A DNA stretch of 64,000 nt from Andalucia godoyi And28 (GCA_009859145.1 VRVR01000006.1:381464-445463); one strand, 5' to 3'. Shown: positions 31,939 to 43,237, numbered from the stretch's first letter. Notes: generated from the letters alone by a model not told the origin. A program made the numbers and translations.

Positions 31939-33990
31939 ATGATTGTGGTTCTTGATCCGCGCCGTCGTGAATCCCAGCGCCGTCCATTGTGGAAGGATCC
32001 ATCCACTCCGCTGTTTTATCTCGTTGTCTTCGTGTTTTTTCTGTTTCTAAAGTTGTACAATCTCGTTTCGTGGCCTTGGGCAATCACGTTTTTCCCATTG
32101 TACATTGGGGTTTTGTTTTTGACTGTTTCTCTGTTTATTTCGTATCGCCGAGAGATTATGAGGATTGATGGCGGTCGGACTTCTGAAACGCGCGCCATCT
32201 CTTTTTATGTGTTCTCACTGTGCATTGTTTTGGTGCAGAGCATTCTGCTGAATGTGAGCCTCGAAGCTGCCGAGAGGAGCACGACTCGCCCATTCCCGGT
32301 CTTCACGCTGTTCCCACTGCTGTTCTGGTCCTTTGTGGCGTTCTGTTCTTCAGTGGTGTGGATCCTTAGACGGGAGTTTGGCTCAAAAAGCCAGCTGTTT
32401 ATTGCGCAGACCCTTGTCCCGTTCTCGGTGTACGTCTTTCTTCAGGTCGTGTTAATTATTGTACAGCTGTTTGGTGAAGGCGCTCAGTCCTCGTGGAAGC
32501 TGTTCTTGTTCCCATCCTATTTGCTGTCGGTCGCCATTATCCTGGCCGGAGTACTGGGAATGTACGTCTTTTGGAAAGAGTCGGACTTCATCATTCCTTC
32601 CCCTCCCGCCTCAGATTCTGCAGAGTCGTCCCGTGTGTCCACTCCAGATCGAACCAGTCGCGCGCACCCGGCGGCAAATGAATCCCCTCATGACAATGCT
32701 GCCCCCGTCCCTTCAACACGAGCAACTCCTGGTTCCCGGTGGATTCCAGGTCTTCTGTTTCGGGCTAGCGCTCCGAAATGGATCCCTGAAGTCTTTGGAT
32801 CCATGGAGGGACTTGGATCTGCATGTGCAATCATTTGCGGTCTGCCACTTCTTGTTTTCTTTGTCTTGCTGGGATACTATCTAGATTCCAAGATGTTCGT
32901 GGATCTACCGTTTGTTTTTCTGCCCCTTTTCTTTTCGAGCTGCATCTTGACGTTCGTGAGCTGCTTCCGTTCGTTTTCTCGAGAGGACGAGGATGAAGAG
33001 TCCGAGTCGGAACTGCCCTCACGACGGCGCCTCGACACGTGGTACAACAGACCAATGATAATTGGTGATTTTGATGTTGAGAATGTTGATCCTTCTGGTG
33101 ACACTGGAAACGCAGATAGGAGTGGTGTTTCACGACGGAGGGACGATTCCGCAGCTCCCCGGCGTCGCGGAACTGCACCAAGTCAAGCAACGTCTGGAAC
33201 TATTCCTCTCGCCGGGATGCTAAATTCAAACCCCATCTTGATGGAGCAGTTCCTGATGACTCTTCATCGTGCGATGGACGAGGAGGCGGGCGGCATGGGC
33301 GGTGGCGTGTCAGCGTCCTTGGAGGCAGAGTATTTCAGGCTTCTGTTGGCCACGATTGCTCGGGCTGTGCGTGTGGAGGATCCGCGTCCTGCAGGTGTTC
33401 AGTCGCATTTGTTAGACATGCTTCCCTCTTTCGTGCTCGACGAGAAATCGTATCTTGTTGCCGGTCAACACATGTGCAACATCTGTCTTTCGGAGTTCGC
33501 TCCTGGCGACGAAGTGCGGACTCTTCCTTGTTTCCACTTCTTTCACAAGTCTGAAATTGATGAGTGGCTGTCAAGAAACAATTCCTGTCCGCTGTGCAAA
33601 AGACCGGTGGACGAGGCAGAACTGGCGCGTGCAGATGAAGCCAGTGAAGGCATCAGCACTTCAGCTACAGAGACGTTGCGTATCATTGAGGAAGCTCAAG
33701 AGCACGGAAGCAGTGGTTGCAGTGCTGGTGGTGACTCGTGCAACAGGTCACATCACGGGAATGGATCGAGTTCGGCTTCAGGCTCCGCGAATGCTTCTCG
33801 AGGAACACCTAGTGCCTCGTCGTCCTCGTCATCGCGTTCATCCTCTTCTTCCGCTTCCGCTTCCGCTTCCTCTTCTGGTTCTGTTTCCGCAGCCCCATCC
33901 ACTTCCTCTTCTGCCCTGGCGTCGTCTTCTCAGACCATTCCGAATTTACCAGGTTCTCCGCATCGAAGTCATGCCGAGGAACTTGATTGA
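31939..33990 (+). CDS. Multi-pass membrane RING-H2 E3 ligase-like protein
   Basis: About 8-9 hydrophobic segments, then CNIC..PCFHFFHKSEIDEWL..CPLC, then a Ser-rich tail. Confidence 0.88.
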   Translation: MIVVLDPRRRESQRRPLWKDPSTPLFYLVVFVFFLFLKLYNLVSWPWAITFFPLYIGVLFLTVSLFISYRREIMRIDGGRTSETRAISFYVFSLCIVLVQSILLNVSLEAAERSTTRPFPVFTLFPLLFWSFVAFCSSVVWILRREFGSKSQLFIAQTLVPFSVYVFLQVVLIIVQLFGEGAQSSWKLFLFPSYLLSVAIILAGVLGMYVFWKESDFIIPSPPASDSAESSRVSTPDRTSRAHPAANESPHDNAAPVPSTRATPGSRWIPGLLFRASAPKWIPEVFGSMEGLGSACAIICGLPLLVFFVLLGYYLDSKMFVDLPFVFLPLFFSSCILTFVSCFRSFSREDEDEESESELPSRRRLDTWYNRPMIIGDFDVENVDPSGDTGNADRSGVSRRRDDSAAPRRRGTAPSQATSGTIPLAGMLNSNPILMEQFLMTLHRAMDEEAGGMGGGVSASLEAEYFRLLLATIARAVRVEDPRPAGVQSHLLDMLPSFVLDEKSYLVAGQHMCNICLSEFAPGDEVRTLPCFHFFHKSEIDEWLSRNNSCPLCKRPVDEAELARADEASEGISTSATETLRIIEEAQEHGSSGCSAGGDSCNRSHHGNGSSSASGSANASRGTPSASSSSSSRSSSSSASASASSSGSVSAAPSTSSSALASSSQTIPNLPGSPHRSHAEELD

Positions 33991-34951
33991 TTGCTTCGAA
34001 TGCGTTTTTCTTGTTTTTCTTCTCTTTGGCAAGCCGAGGAACCCATAGTATCATTTGAATCGTTCTTCCCCTCCCCCTCGTCTCTTTGAACCCACGCTGC
34101 AATAGCTCTTTCGTTATGTGGATTGCTGCTGTGTGGGTGTGTGCTGCTTTGGGCTGTTCTCAATCACACTGCACGGGGTCTGCTCCCCATCTGTTCTTTC
34201 CCCCCCTCTTCCTGTAGGACTGCTCTCACTACACATGTGCCAAGTCTTGTGTAACAGTCATGAAATAGGATTTTACAAAATCGCAGAGTGACTCGTTGTT
34301 TTTTGTGTGAGTACTGCACAAGCACTCCTGACTTTTTATTTTATTTGTTTTTATTATTCAAGGAGGAAAACTAAACGTGTAATTTGTAAAAAAATCACCC
34401 AGAAGGATGCGATTTGCTGCTGCACCCCGTCACCGTTTCTTTTTAGATTCTTTTTTCGTTTGTCCGTGCTTGTGTTCCAATTCCAGTGTCTCGCTGGATT
34501 GTGCATCCTTGTCGAAACCTTCCGAAGTCAGTACGCCACGACAGGTTGCTGCAACAAACGCAATAGCATTTTGCAGTGCTGGAGGAGGTGAAGTCCGAAA
34601 AAAACTGCACTCGAAAACAGACGGGAGTTGAAGGCTGGGGAGAAGAAATAAACTTCCACTTTTGGGAGTGCTCGCACAAGATTCTGTTCCCACCCTCACC
34701 TCTGTTGCTACAGAATGCAAATTTGTACTCGAAGGTTCTTGTACACTGAGGACAAGTTGAAACATCGAATCGAATAGCGAGTTGAACCCCAGCGGTTTTC
34801 GTGCACAGGGAAGAAGGAGAAAAAGGAAGGGGGGAAAAAAAAAGGCCACGAGGTTTTCGTCGTGTCGTATGCTGCTTGTTTTTCTCAAACGACGGGCTGC
34901 TGAAAGACATCCCCCCGCGTTATTTATCAGGAATCGACACCACGCTAAACA

Positions 34952-37246
34952 ATGTCCGCAAATGATCCTAGCCAAATCGACAGCGACATCGCTGCCGTCC
35001 TAGTGCTGGATGGAATTATCCTTGCCGCAGGATTGGTAGTCTTCTTCTCTCTCGAGCGGAAACGTCTGTCCTCTGTGTTCACCATCCCGTCTCTCGACAC
35101 CATCTTTCGAAAACACGGCCACGATGCAATGATCTACATGAGTTTGCAAAGATACATGATCGCATTCATGGTGATTTTGACATTTGTTTCGACTGTGGTC
35201 CTGATCCCCGTGAATGTTGCATCGGGTTCAAAGTCTGATGAAGACTCGAGTGTTTCTGGATCCTGGTTTGGGTCCACCACCATCCTGCGAGTGAAGTACG
35301 CAGAGGGAACGCTGTGGGCACATTGCGTTGTCGCGCTTTTGTTTGCCGCGACCTGCTTCGGTCTTGCATACTTGTGGGAATCCCAGCCCGTTGTGCAGCA
35401 GGGTATTACAGAGGAACGATACGCCACGTATACTGCAGAATGGAGCGCCCAGCCGTCCAGGACGCTTTTCTGGCTGCACCCTCCGGAGATGGCCCCCTGC
35501 TCCGCTCCAGAAGAGGCAATCCGTGCCCCGGGATATCTCGCGCCGCGCCTTCCCCCCAGTGGAACAGTGGAAGGCAAGCTGCGTGCCAGATCGGAAACTT
35601 GCGCTGTGTGGATTCACAGGATCCCGGAAGGCTGCCGCACTCCTGATGCGCTCTGCAACTTGCTGACAGCGAAAATTGGACCACAGGTCGTTGCCGTGAA
35701 GCCCGTGTATGATACGTCTGCATTGTTCAAGTTGCAGAACGAACTGGCGGTTGCCGCTGAAAAGAGTATTCTCGCTGAGGGAAGCAATATCCGCCAGCAG
35801 TGGACTTCGGTGATTAATGCAGAAATTCCAAAGGAACAACGAGCAAAATCGTTTGCCTTGACGAAGAAGTTTCCGTTCATCTCGCGCGTGGACGCATTTA
35901 ATTACTGGGATGCGAAGCAGCAGGAGCTGGCGCAAAAAGTCCAGGACGAACAAAAAGATGTCGAAATGAAAAAGGGGATCGTCTTTTTCCGCTCATCAGC
36001 AACGGTTCGAGCATTTTGGGCGAACAAGGAAATGCAACCGCTTATCCATGAATTACAAATCACATCCAGCCCGCATCCCGTCGATGTTCAGTGGCAGAAT
36101 GCATGCATGCCTCTTCAGCAGAAGCTGGCTCGACGAACAGGAGTGCAAGCAGCACTCATCACCCTGCTTCTGTTTGCTGCGACTCCTGCGGCGCTGGCAA
36201 CGATCCTCCGAGAGCATTTGAACGAAGACACGCTTTCTTTTATTCCTTCGCTGCTCCAATCCTTCCTTTTTGCATACTTGCCGACGATCCTTCTTCTCGT
36301 GGCAGCGATGCTTTTGCCAATGATCATTATTCGTCTCACGAAGATGGAGGGGCACTTCCTGAAATCGGAGCAAAATCAAAAGATCATGGTTCGCATCTTT
36401 GTTTACCTCATCTTGTCTACGTTGGTGATACCAACCATGTCGCTTGCAATAGTTGACTTGGTGACGGATGCCATCAGCAACGGCAGCGTAGATGTGTCAA
36501 AAGCAGTTCAACAGGCATTTATTCCCTCAATGCAAGTATTCTTTTTCACGTACGTCCTTCAGCAAGCTACGATCGGAATCGTGCTGGGATTGATCCGCCC
36601 AGTTCCACGCATCCTTAAGATGCTGTCCAAGGCAAAAACTCCCTTTTCAGCTGAAGAGGCGATGCTGCTCAACCGCGGGGCTGCCTTCTTTATTGAAGGA
36701 GAGGCGCCGGAGTACTTCTCCGTGTTAGCGGTAGCTGTCGTGTACAGTGTGGCGTGCCCACTCATTACGATTCTTGGAACAATTTATGCCATTGGAAAAC
36801 ATGTGGGAGACCTTCAAGCACTGGAAAGTGCCTACGTTCCTCCGCGACCGCAGGAACTGACAAAGGAAACGCGTCGCGCCTATCTCAGTCGTATTCGGCT
36901 GCTGTGCCGAATTGCGACTGCGATGATCTTGATCTTTGCAATCTACATGGCAGCGTATTTCTCAACGTCGAGTGCCGACGGACAGGCGTCCTTCCTGCTG
37001 GCTCTGCTGATTGTCGCCATCCTCGGGATGATCACGTTCTTTGGCTTCCCTCGAATGTCCAAACTCGTAGTGGAAAAAACGCTTGGAAAACGCTTGACGT
37101 CTCCGGATTCCCCAAATGTGCCATACAGTCCATCGCAGCCCAACCACTTCCTTCCTAAAGAAGTCGCGAGCGAAGAAGTAGGATGGGTTGACAGAATCAA
37201 ATTACGACCCATCCATGGATTCATGATGCGTGACAAGGTCGCATAG
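34952..37246 (+). CDS. OSCA/TMEM63 (CSC1) mechanosensitive channel family
   Basis: HGHDAMIYMSLQRY, VLIPVN, GIVFF, PHPVDVQWQN and EGHFLKS, with the typical multi-TM layout. Confidence 0.92.
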   Translation: MSANDPSQIDSDIAAVLVLDGIILAAGLVVFFSLERKRLSSVFTIPSLDTIFRKHGHDAMIYMSLQRYMIAFMVILTFVSTVVLIPVNVASGSKSDEDSSVSGSWFGSTTILRVKYAEGTLWAHCVVALLFAATCFGLAYLWESQPVVQQGITEERYATYTAEWSAQPSRTLFWLHPPEMAPCSAPEEAIRAPGYLAPRLPPSGTVEGKLRARSETCAVWIHRIPEGCRTPDALCNLLTAKIGPQVVAVKPVYDTSALFKLQNELAVAAEKSILAEGSNIRQQWTSVINAEIPKEQRAKSFALTKKFPFISRVDAFNYWDAKQQELAQKVQDEQKDVEMKKGIVFFRSSATVRAFWANKEMQPLIHELQITSSPHPVDVQWQNACMPLQQKLARRTGVQAALITLLLFAATPAALATILREHLNEDTLSFIPSLLQSFLFAYLPTILLLVAAMLLPMIIIRLTKMEGHFLKSEQNQKIMVRIFVYLILSTLVIPTMSLAIVDLVTDAISNGSVDVSKAVQQAFIPSMQVFFFTYVLQQATIGIVLGLIRPVPRILKMLSKAKTPFSAEEAMLLNRGAAFFIEGEAPEYFSVLAVAVVYSVACPLITILGTIYAIGKHVGDLQALESAYVPPRPQELTKETRRAYLSRIRLLCRIATAMILIFAIYMAAYFSTSSADGQASFLLALLIVAILGMITFFGFPRMSKLVVEKTLGKRLTSPDSPNVPYSPSQPNHFLPKEVASEEVGWVDRIKLRPIHGFMMRDKVA

Positions 37247-37393
37247 TTTCGAGTGTCTAACTCCCAAGGAAATCGCAAAATTAATAAATATTTAGCAAAT
37301 AAAATGAAAAGCACCAACAGATAACACCATCAGTGATAACAATGGAAAAGGGGAACGAGGGCGGATGAACGTATCAAAGGGGAAACGCGTCCC

Positions 37394-38740
37394 TCAGCTC
37401 ATGTACATCTGCGCGGCACCGTGGCTGGCAATCGACCAGACTCCGTATCCAAATATTGCGAGGACGGCCGACACTACGAACACGCTGTCTCTCCACCTGT
37501 GATAGAACCCAAATTCAATGTCGCCTAGGACCATGGACAGCGTTTCCCGGTAGAGGGGTGGAATGGACATGCGCGACAACAGAATGAACGACAGAGCATA
37601 GGTCCCCATGAGATATGACACAACCAACGTCATCCACGACTGTGGAACGTATTGAAAAACGGAGATCTTGACGAGCGCAGTTTGAAGTGTGAGAAAGAAA
37701 GATCGCATCGACGATACAATGGAGATTCCCATAAATATAAAAGACAGTGGTTGTGCCCATGCTTCGATCGGCAGCGTGACATCCACTTTGGAAGCATACA
37801 AGAACAGCGTGGTGATGGGGTCCTTATCCGGTATGCGGTGCACAATAATATTAAGCATTGCGGAGACAATTTGAATCACATTCCAACAAAACAACACAAC
37901 GGAAAGGACCTTGTACGCAATTCCACGGAAGGTCCGGTCGAATTTCCGTTGTTTCTGCAAGTCAATGGCGGCCTGCAGCTGAACATGCGACTCATACAAC
38001 ATCTTCTCCCAGCCCTTGATTTCCTCAGCTGCGCTGTTTGCATTGCTTGAGCCGATACCAAACCACGTTCCAATGATGCCTCGCTGCTTAGGCATCGGGG
38101 CCCTCTTGTGCAGGTCGTACTTCTTGCTGGCAATCTTTCGAATCAGCTGGTTGATACTGTCCTGTAGTGTCTTGATGTTCGACTCTTGGTAATCCGAGCT
38201 GAAGAAGATAGATCCGTACGTGATCACTGCGCCATAGGCCGACAGGAACGCAGAAAGAGTGACCCCAACGACCGAAATGCGTCCAGTTGCGTGTTCCGAG
38301 AAGAAAAACACAGAGTGAGACCCGGTCTTCACAATCGGAAAGAACGATCCTAGCTTCCAGAACAAAAAGAGGTATGCCATAAACAAGCCCATGACAAGGA
38401 CGGATGGTCTCGGGATTTGCAATTTTCGTCGTTCGTACACAAAGGAATAAAAGAACAGAAATGGAACAACGAAAACGAGAAGAATCAGAAAGACAAGGAG
38501 GTCCGTTTTCCACGAAAATACAATGGCCGACCGACTGACAATCCCAGTGATGTCGAACAGGATCAGTAAAGACATTGAAAGTGCAAGAGAAGTGATTAGT
38601 CCAAAGCACAGACGGGCTCGAAGCACAGGTGGCGATGCAGCGGGAGAAAGACGGCCGAAAATCCATCGGCCTAGAAACATGATGGAGAAAGCATATGCAA
38701 AAGCATGCGCTAGGATCAAAACGGCAACATCTGGTAGCAT
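37394..38740 (-). CDS. GPR89: Golgi pH regulator GPR89/GTG family
   Basis: LILFDI, RISVVGVTLSAFLSAYGAV, DKDPIT, ILLSRMSIPPLYR and FGFYHRWRDSVFVVSA. ATG at 38740. Confidence 0.93.
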   Translation of the reverse strand: MLPDVAVLILAHAFAYAFSIMFLGRWIFGRLSPAASPPVLRARLCFGLITSLALSMSLLILFDITGIVSRSAIVFSWKTDLLVFLILLVFVVPFLFFYSFVYERRKLQIPRPSVLVMGLFMAYLFLFWKLGSFFPIVKTGSHSVFFFSEHATGRISVVGVTLSAFLSAYGAVITYGSIFFSSDYQESNIKTLQDSINQLIRKIASKKYDLHKRAPMPKQRGIIGTWFGIGSSNANSAAEEIKGWEKMLYESHVQLQAAIDLQKQRKFDRTFRGIAYKVLSVVLFCWNVIQIVSAMLNIIVHRIPDKDPITTLFLYASKVDVTLPIEAWAQPLSFIFMGISIVSSMRSFFLTLQTALVKISVFQYVPQSWMTLVVSYLMGTYALSFILLSRMSIPPLYRETLSMVLGDIEFGFYHRWRDSVFVVSAVLAIFGYGVWSIASHGAAQMYMS

Positions 38741-38823
38741 TCGACGTTTGCTGGCCTTTGTATGCTGCACGAGTCTTGGGGAAGAGCAAGAGAAATCGTC
38801 TATTCAAGGCACGCTCGTCAAGA

Positions 38824-38850
38824 ACACACACACACACACACACACACACA
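38824..38850. repeat. (CA)n microsatellite
   Basis: Direct observation. Confidence 0.93.
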
Positions 38851-39031
38851 GCCAACAAGCAAGTGTCGGACGCCTGCGGTCTGCTCAGGTGGTGTTTTTT
38901 GAAGGTCTCATTGGTTGACAGATGTCGTCGAGCATGGAGTGGGCTGCGCGACGTCCTGAATTGAACTCCAGTCACTTCCGCACTTGGATCACACCTGGAT
39001 TCGAGGATTTGTAAAGAATCTCATGCCGCTT

Positions 39032-39354
39032 TGCCATTTATTGCGATATGATGAAGCAATCCAAAGCGCACGCAAACAAAAAAAACACTGCCACGAGCCA
39101 TGCGCATGCGTTTGCTATCTTAAGCAACTCCGTCACACGATGCCCGATTCGTTTCGCCCCATTTTGATCATTAAATCCCTTTATAAATACGCCACCGCGT
39201 TGCATTCTCGCACAGCGACGCTCATTTCATTATTTTTATTTTTATTGTCCATGCAACGCAACATCTATCTTAAGAACGTCTCTCATGCGGGGGGGCGTGT
39301 TGGGGGCCTACCCCCTTCCCAATCATGCTCTGCATGTTGTTTGGGTTGCAACAT
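39032..39354 (+). repeat. Dispersed repeat family A, copy 2
   Basis: Matches 14514-14713, with an extra segment of about 120 bp before the shared terminal hairpin. Confidence 0.85.
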
Positions 39355-39450
39355 TGATTATGGGTGATCAGCGATGATTATCCGTGGTTAGTGTACAATG
39401 TAGGCGCTTTGCCGACTGCCGTATTTGAAGTTGTGAAAATTCTAAAGTCA

Positions 39451-39501
<51 letters not shown>

Positions 39502-39594
39502 GGTCTTCTCTTTGGAAATAACAATAAGAGTACCGGACCTCTACTGCATTGCGATCACTTGCGCTCCAATTTCAAGCAGTGTCTCAGTGTCTCA

Positions 39595-40221
39595 ATGTCC
39601 GGTGTTTCGTCTGTGCCAGTTGACCAATCACCACCGCTTTCTTCTGCGTCGGTTTGCGAACAAGCGTCCAAGACGTCTGCGGAAGCTCGAAAAAAACATC
39701 ATGATGCGTTATTGCAGAGCGTGCCGCCTCATTGGAATGGTGTTCGAATGGAAAACAAAGTTGAAATGATTCATTTCCTGAATCCCTCTGAAACGAACGC
39801 ATCGGCTCGAATTGCACATGGTGCGACACTCCTCAAGCTGTGCGACGAAGCGGCCGCAGTGGTTGCATTTCGGCATTGCAGAAATCCAGTGGTGACAGCT
39901 TCCATGGATTCTGTTGATTTCATTGCCCCTGTATTCTTGGGTGACATTATCATTGTTCGGGCAATGCTGACGTACGTGAGTGCCAAGTCGGTGGAAATCC
40001 AGGTTACAGTCTGTGCAGAGAATCTGGTCACTGGCGCAGTGAAAAAAACAAACGATGCCTGGCTCACGTTTGTCTCCGTTGATCCTCAGACAGGAAAGGC
40101 ACTCCCGATCCCGGAGTTCGAACCGACATCCGACGATGAAAAGATCTTGCTGGAGCAAGGAAAGACCCGGTATCTGGACAGAAAAGAACGGCGCAAGCGA
40201 TCACTCGCCCCACGAATGTAA
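39595..40221 (+). CDS. Hotdog-fold acyl-CoA thioesterase (ACOT7/YciA-like)
   Basis: PSETNASARIAHGATLLKLCDEAA, VVTASMDSVDF..PVFLGD, SVEIQVTV and LTFVSVD. Confidence 0.92.
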   Translation: MSGVSSVPVDQSPPLSSASVCEQASKTSAEARKKHHDALLQSVPPHWNGVRMENKVEMIHFLNPSETNASARIAHGATLLKLCDEAAAVVAFRHCRNPVVTASMDSVDFIAPVFLGDIIIVRAMLTYVSAKSVEIQVTVCAENLVTGAVKKTNDAWLTFVSVDPQTGKALPIPEFEPTSDDEKILLEQGKTRYLDRKERRKRSLAPRM

Positions 40222-40414
40222 AGCCTCCTCCCCTTGTTATCGTCACATCAATATTTACATGTTTTTGGATCATGTTGTCGTTCTTGGTGTGTGCCTTCAA
40301 TTGATAATTTGCACAGCACCGAAACAAAACAGCATTCTCGTCTTCCTCCATCCTCTTCTATTAATTTTAAAAATAATAATATAATAATAATTAAATTAAA
40401 AAAAACAAAAAACA

Positions 40415-41437
40415 CTACAGATGGCTAAGACCCACGGCACTTCGCAGTTCCTCATACACCCCAAAACTAATCGCTGTGTGAGGGAAGATTCGAATCCAGT
40501 TGCTGAGGGCACCTCTGTAGCATCCTTGAAAGCCTTCTGTCTTCACAATGTGCGACAAGATTGCAATTGTGGACATTGTCTTGCCGCCGACTCCAACCAT
40601 CGTTCTAGTTTTCACAACATCTATGGGAGAAACGAGAATTGTTGTAAACAGACCGCAGATCATGCTGGCGACTGCATAAACTCTCAATCCCTCCGACCAC
40701 CCTCGATCCAGGAGCCACTGCTTGGATTCGTCGTATGTAGACAGCTGTGCTGCAGTCAAGACTGCCGCCCTTTGCGTGTTTGGAATGCAGCCGCGAAACA
40801 GACCTCTCCAGCCTTCGAGCCGGTAGATCTTTTGAAATTCATGGATGGGCCCAACATAGGAGCCACCTTTCAAGGCCGCTTGCGCACGAAGCTTCACCAC
40901 ATCCACCGGGGTCGTGACGGAAGCGCCAATGAGACCGGAACACATTCCTGCAATCATCTTGTCACGAAACAGAGCAGTATGACTCTGGGGCTCGCCAAAC
41001 ACGGACTGCACAAAATCTTTGCAAGCATCGTATCCTCCAAGTCGGATGGAAGAATATGTGGCTTCTCTCAAAAGAGACGGTGCAAGGCCCCTGTACAATC
41101 CTCGAACTCCGTCGGCGCCAATGATCGAGCCGTGAAACGTGCTCCAGATGGAATGCATTCGAACAAACATGCCGCGATGTCCCGCAGAATAGCTGCTGGA
41201 GAATATAGAGGATGCCGGGTAATTCATGGAGTATATTTGAAGTCTCACTTTCAGCGTATCAATTCCATGCGTCGCAGCTGCAGCTGCGCACGAGGCGATG
41301 CCCGCGCACACCAGTTTTTCCACAAACTGGGTAGTTTCGATCTTTGTTGGCACGTGAAGCACGTGGGAAGAAGCATGTACTGGGTGGCTTTGATCGGATT
41401 TGCTTTGCGGACTGCTCGTTGTACTCATATCAACCAT
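40415..41437 (-). CDS. Mitochondrial carrier, UCP/oxoglutarate/dicarboxylate-like
   Basis: Three carrier repeats (GIDTLKVRLQ, PVDVVKLRAQ, PIDVVKTRTM); GLYRGLAPSLLREATYSSIRLGGY. Confidence 0.93.
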   Translation of the reverse strand: MVDMSTTSSPQSKSDQSHPVHASSHVLHVPTKIETTQFVEKLVCAGIASCAAAAATHGIDTLKVRLQIYSMNYPASSIFSSSYSAGHRGMFVRMHSIWSTFHGSIIGADGVRGLYRGLAPSLLREATYSSIRLGGYDACKDFVQSVFGEPQSHTALFRDKMIAGMCSGLIGASVTTPVDVVKLRAQAALKGGSYVGPIHEFQKIYRLEGWRGLFRGCIPNTQRAAVLTAAQLSTYDESKQWLLDRGWSEGLRVYAVASMICGLFTTILVSPIDVVKTRTMVGVGGKTMSTIAILSHIVKTEGFQGCYRGALSNWIRIFPHTAISFGVYEELRSAVGLSHL

Positions 41438-41587
41438 CAAGAATGGTGCATCTGCCAGAGGAGGGTCAAAGGAATCCGTGTTTGTTCGATTACCGGCGGA
41501 AAAGAAAAAAACGGAAAGGAGGGAAAACATATGCAAAATACAGGCAAAGCAAAAAACTATATAACTTCAACACTATCCTCAAGCGTA

Positions 41588-41826
41588 CACCTCTTCCAAA
41601 CATTTGGCTCGCATGCTGCGCCTCGGACAAATTTATTTTGAAATAAAATGACGTTTCAAATCAGCACGAACACTCATCAAATGAGTACTCTTGAGTGGGA
41701 CATCATATAGAAGCAGATCATTTTTCGTCGGGGGTCGACGGCTGTCAACTCAGCCATACTTGTCCGATGAAATGACCGTCCACAAGTCGCTTGGGTTGGA
41801 GGGTTCGATCATTCCGGGGCCCTGTG
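41588..41826 (+). mobile_element. MITE-like family B, copy 2
   Basis: TA|CACCTCTTCCAAACATTTGGCTCGCATGC...GGGTTGGAGGG...GTG|TA; homologous to the other two copies. Confidence 0.7.
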
Positions 41827-41932
41827 TACACGATGTTGACCAGTGTCGACATCCATTCCCTTGCACAGCGTTTTCAAAATATCAAATGAAAAAAGAAAAG
41901 GAGAGGGAGAGAAAGAGAGAGAAAAAGAGAGA

Positions 41933-41979
41933 GACGGAGAGACGGACAGACGGACAGACGGACAGACGGACAGACGGAG
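41933..41979. repeat. 8-bp tandem repeat (GACGGACA-type)
   Basis: About 6 copies upstream of BCP1. Confidence 0.85.
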
Positions 41980-42024
41980 ACACAGATAGTGCAGCATTAT
42001 CCATAAGTACTTGCAGTCCGTAGC

Positions 42025-43050
42025 ATGTCGGCGTCAAGAAAGCGAGAACAGAGCGAGAGCAAGAAGCTGAAAAAGAGCGCATCCTCTTCGGAAGCGCAGG
42101 TTGCCGCTTCCTTGGATTCGGACGAAGACTCTTCCTCCTCCGAGGATTCTGCACTAGACGAAAACGGAATGATGCAAATGACGTTTACTGGGCGAGATAT
42201 CTGCGAGGGCGATTACCTGACAATTCGCAACTTTTTAACGCACTATCTGTGGAATTATGATTTCACTGGTGTCTCGGACATGTCCAACGCGATCATCGAG
42301 TCCGCAACCGGATTTGCGATCGGTTCTGTCGTGCACACCGACGAGGACCCTGACAATGTTTTTGGATTTGTGAGTGCCGTGCCCTGGCCATCTGCGTCTG
42401 CTGCGTGTGCTGCGAGCTCGAAATCCGATGGCAAGAAGGAGGAAAAGAAAAGAAAGAGTGGCGATCAGAGACCGCTCTTTGTCCAGCAGATTGCTGAGTA
42501 TTGTTTGAAGCACACGCAAAACAAGCATTTAAAAAAAGTGCTCCAAGGGGAGAGCGCTAAAAATACAGTGCTCATAGTTGCGGATCGCGTGATTAATCTG
42601 CCTCCCGAAGCTGCCATTCCTATGCATGTGTCATTGTTTTCTGAAATTGCAAATGCAGCCAAGAACCACAATGTATGGAAAGCTGATCAGTTTCTGCTCT
42701 TGAGCACTCTTGCAACCGAGTATGATAGCGAGGACGATGACCCAGTCGGAGACGCGGCGGATGATGCCGATGCGGAAGTGCCCCCTGCGAAGGTATCGAG
42801 GACGACTACAGGTCAAGAGAAGAAAGGAGAAGAAGACATGGATGACGAACCATTCCTTTTGCGGGCAGAGGAGGAAGCATATGCGCGAGTTGCGAGTCAT
42901 ATGGACAGATGGAGCATTCCATCTCAAGGATCTCTTGTTCGCAGTGCAGACCGCGAACACGTTGTCATGCTGATTCCCGCTGAAGTACTGCAGGATGCTA
43001 TTACAGACATGCATGATGCATTCAGCGTGCAATGTCCGGAAGCACGCTGA
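42025..43050 (+). CDS. BCP1: BCP1/BCCIP family protein
   Basis: GDYLTIRNFL, IGSVV..VFGFVS and LIVADRVINLPPEAAIPMHVSLFSEI; acidic loops. Confidence 0.88.
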   Translation: MSASRKREQSESKKLKKSASSSEAQVAASLDSDEDSSSSEDSALDENGMMQMTFTGRDICEGDYLTIRNFLTHYLWNYDFTGVSDMSNAIIESATGFAIGSVVHTDEDPDNVFGFVSAVPWPSASAACAASSKSDGKKEEKKRKSGDQRPLFVQQIAEYCLKHTQNKHLKKVLQGESAKNTVLIVADRVINLPPEAAIPMHVSLFSEIANAAKNHNVWKADQFLLLSTLATEYDSEDDDPVGDAADDADAEVPPAKVSRTTTGQEKKGEEDMDDEPFLLRAEEEAYARVASHMDRWSIPSQGSLVRSADREHVVMLIPAEVLQDAITDMHDAFSVQCPEAR

Positions 43051-43237
43051 GTGGTGAATGGTTTCTGGGAATCTGCTTGATGTAGTTTCTTCGCCCAACT
43101 TTCCGGTACATAGAAGAAGACGGTGGGTGGGATGACAAAGAACAGGAGAGAGAAAAGCCCCCACCCCCATTCAGTGGGAAATGCGGTTTTTAATTTTTAA
43201 TTAAAATAATAAAATTACAGAAAGCTTCCTGGCCGCT

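Noticed and set aside
40421-41641. Long antisense ORFs (also 6645-7472, 9986-10726, 15374-16498, 16473-17546, 38088-38975)
   Set aside because: They are shadows of recognised genes on the opposite strand and contain no motifs.
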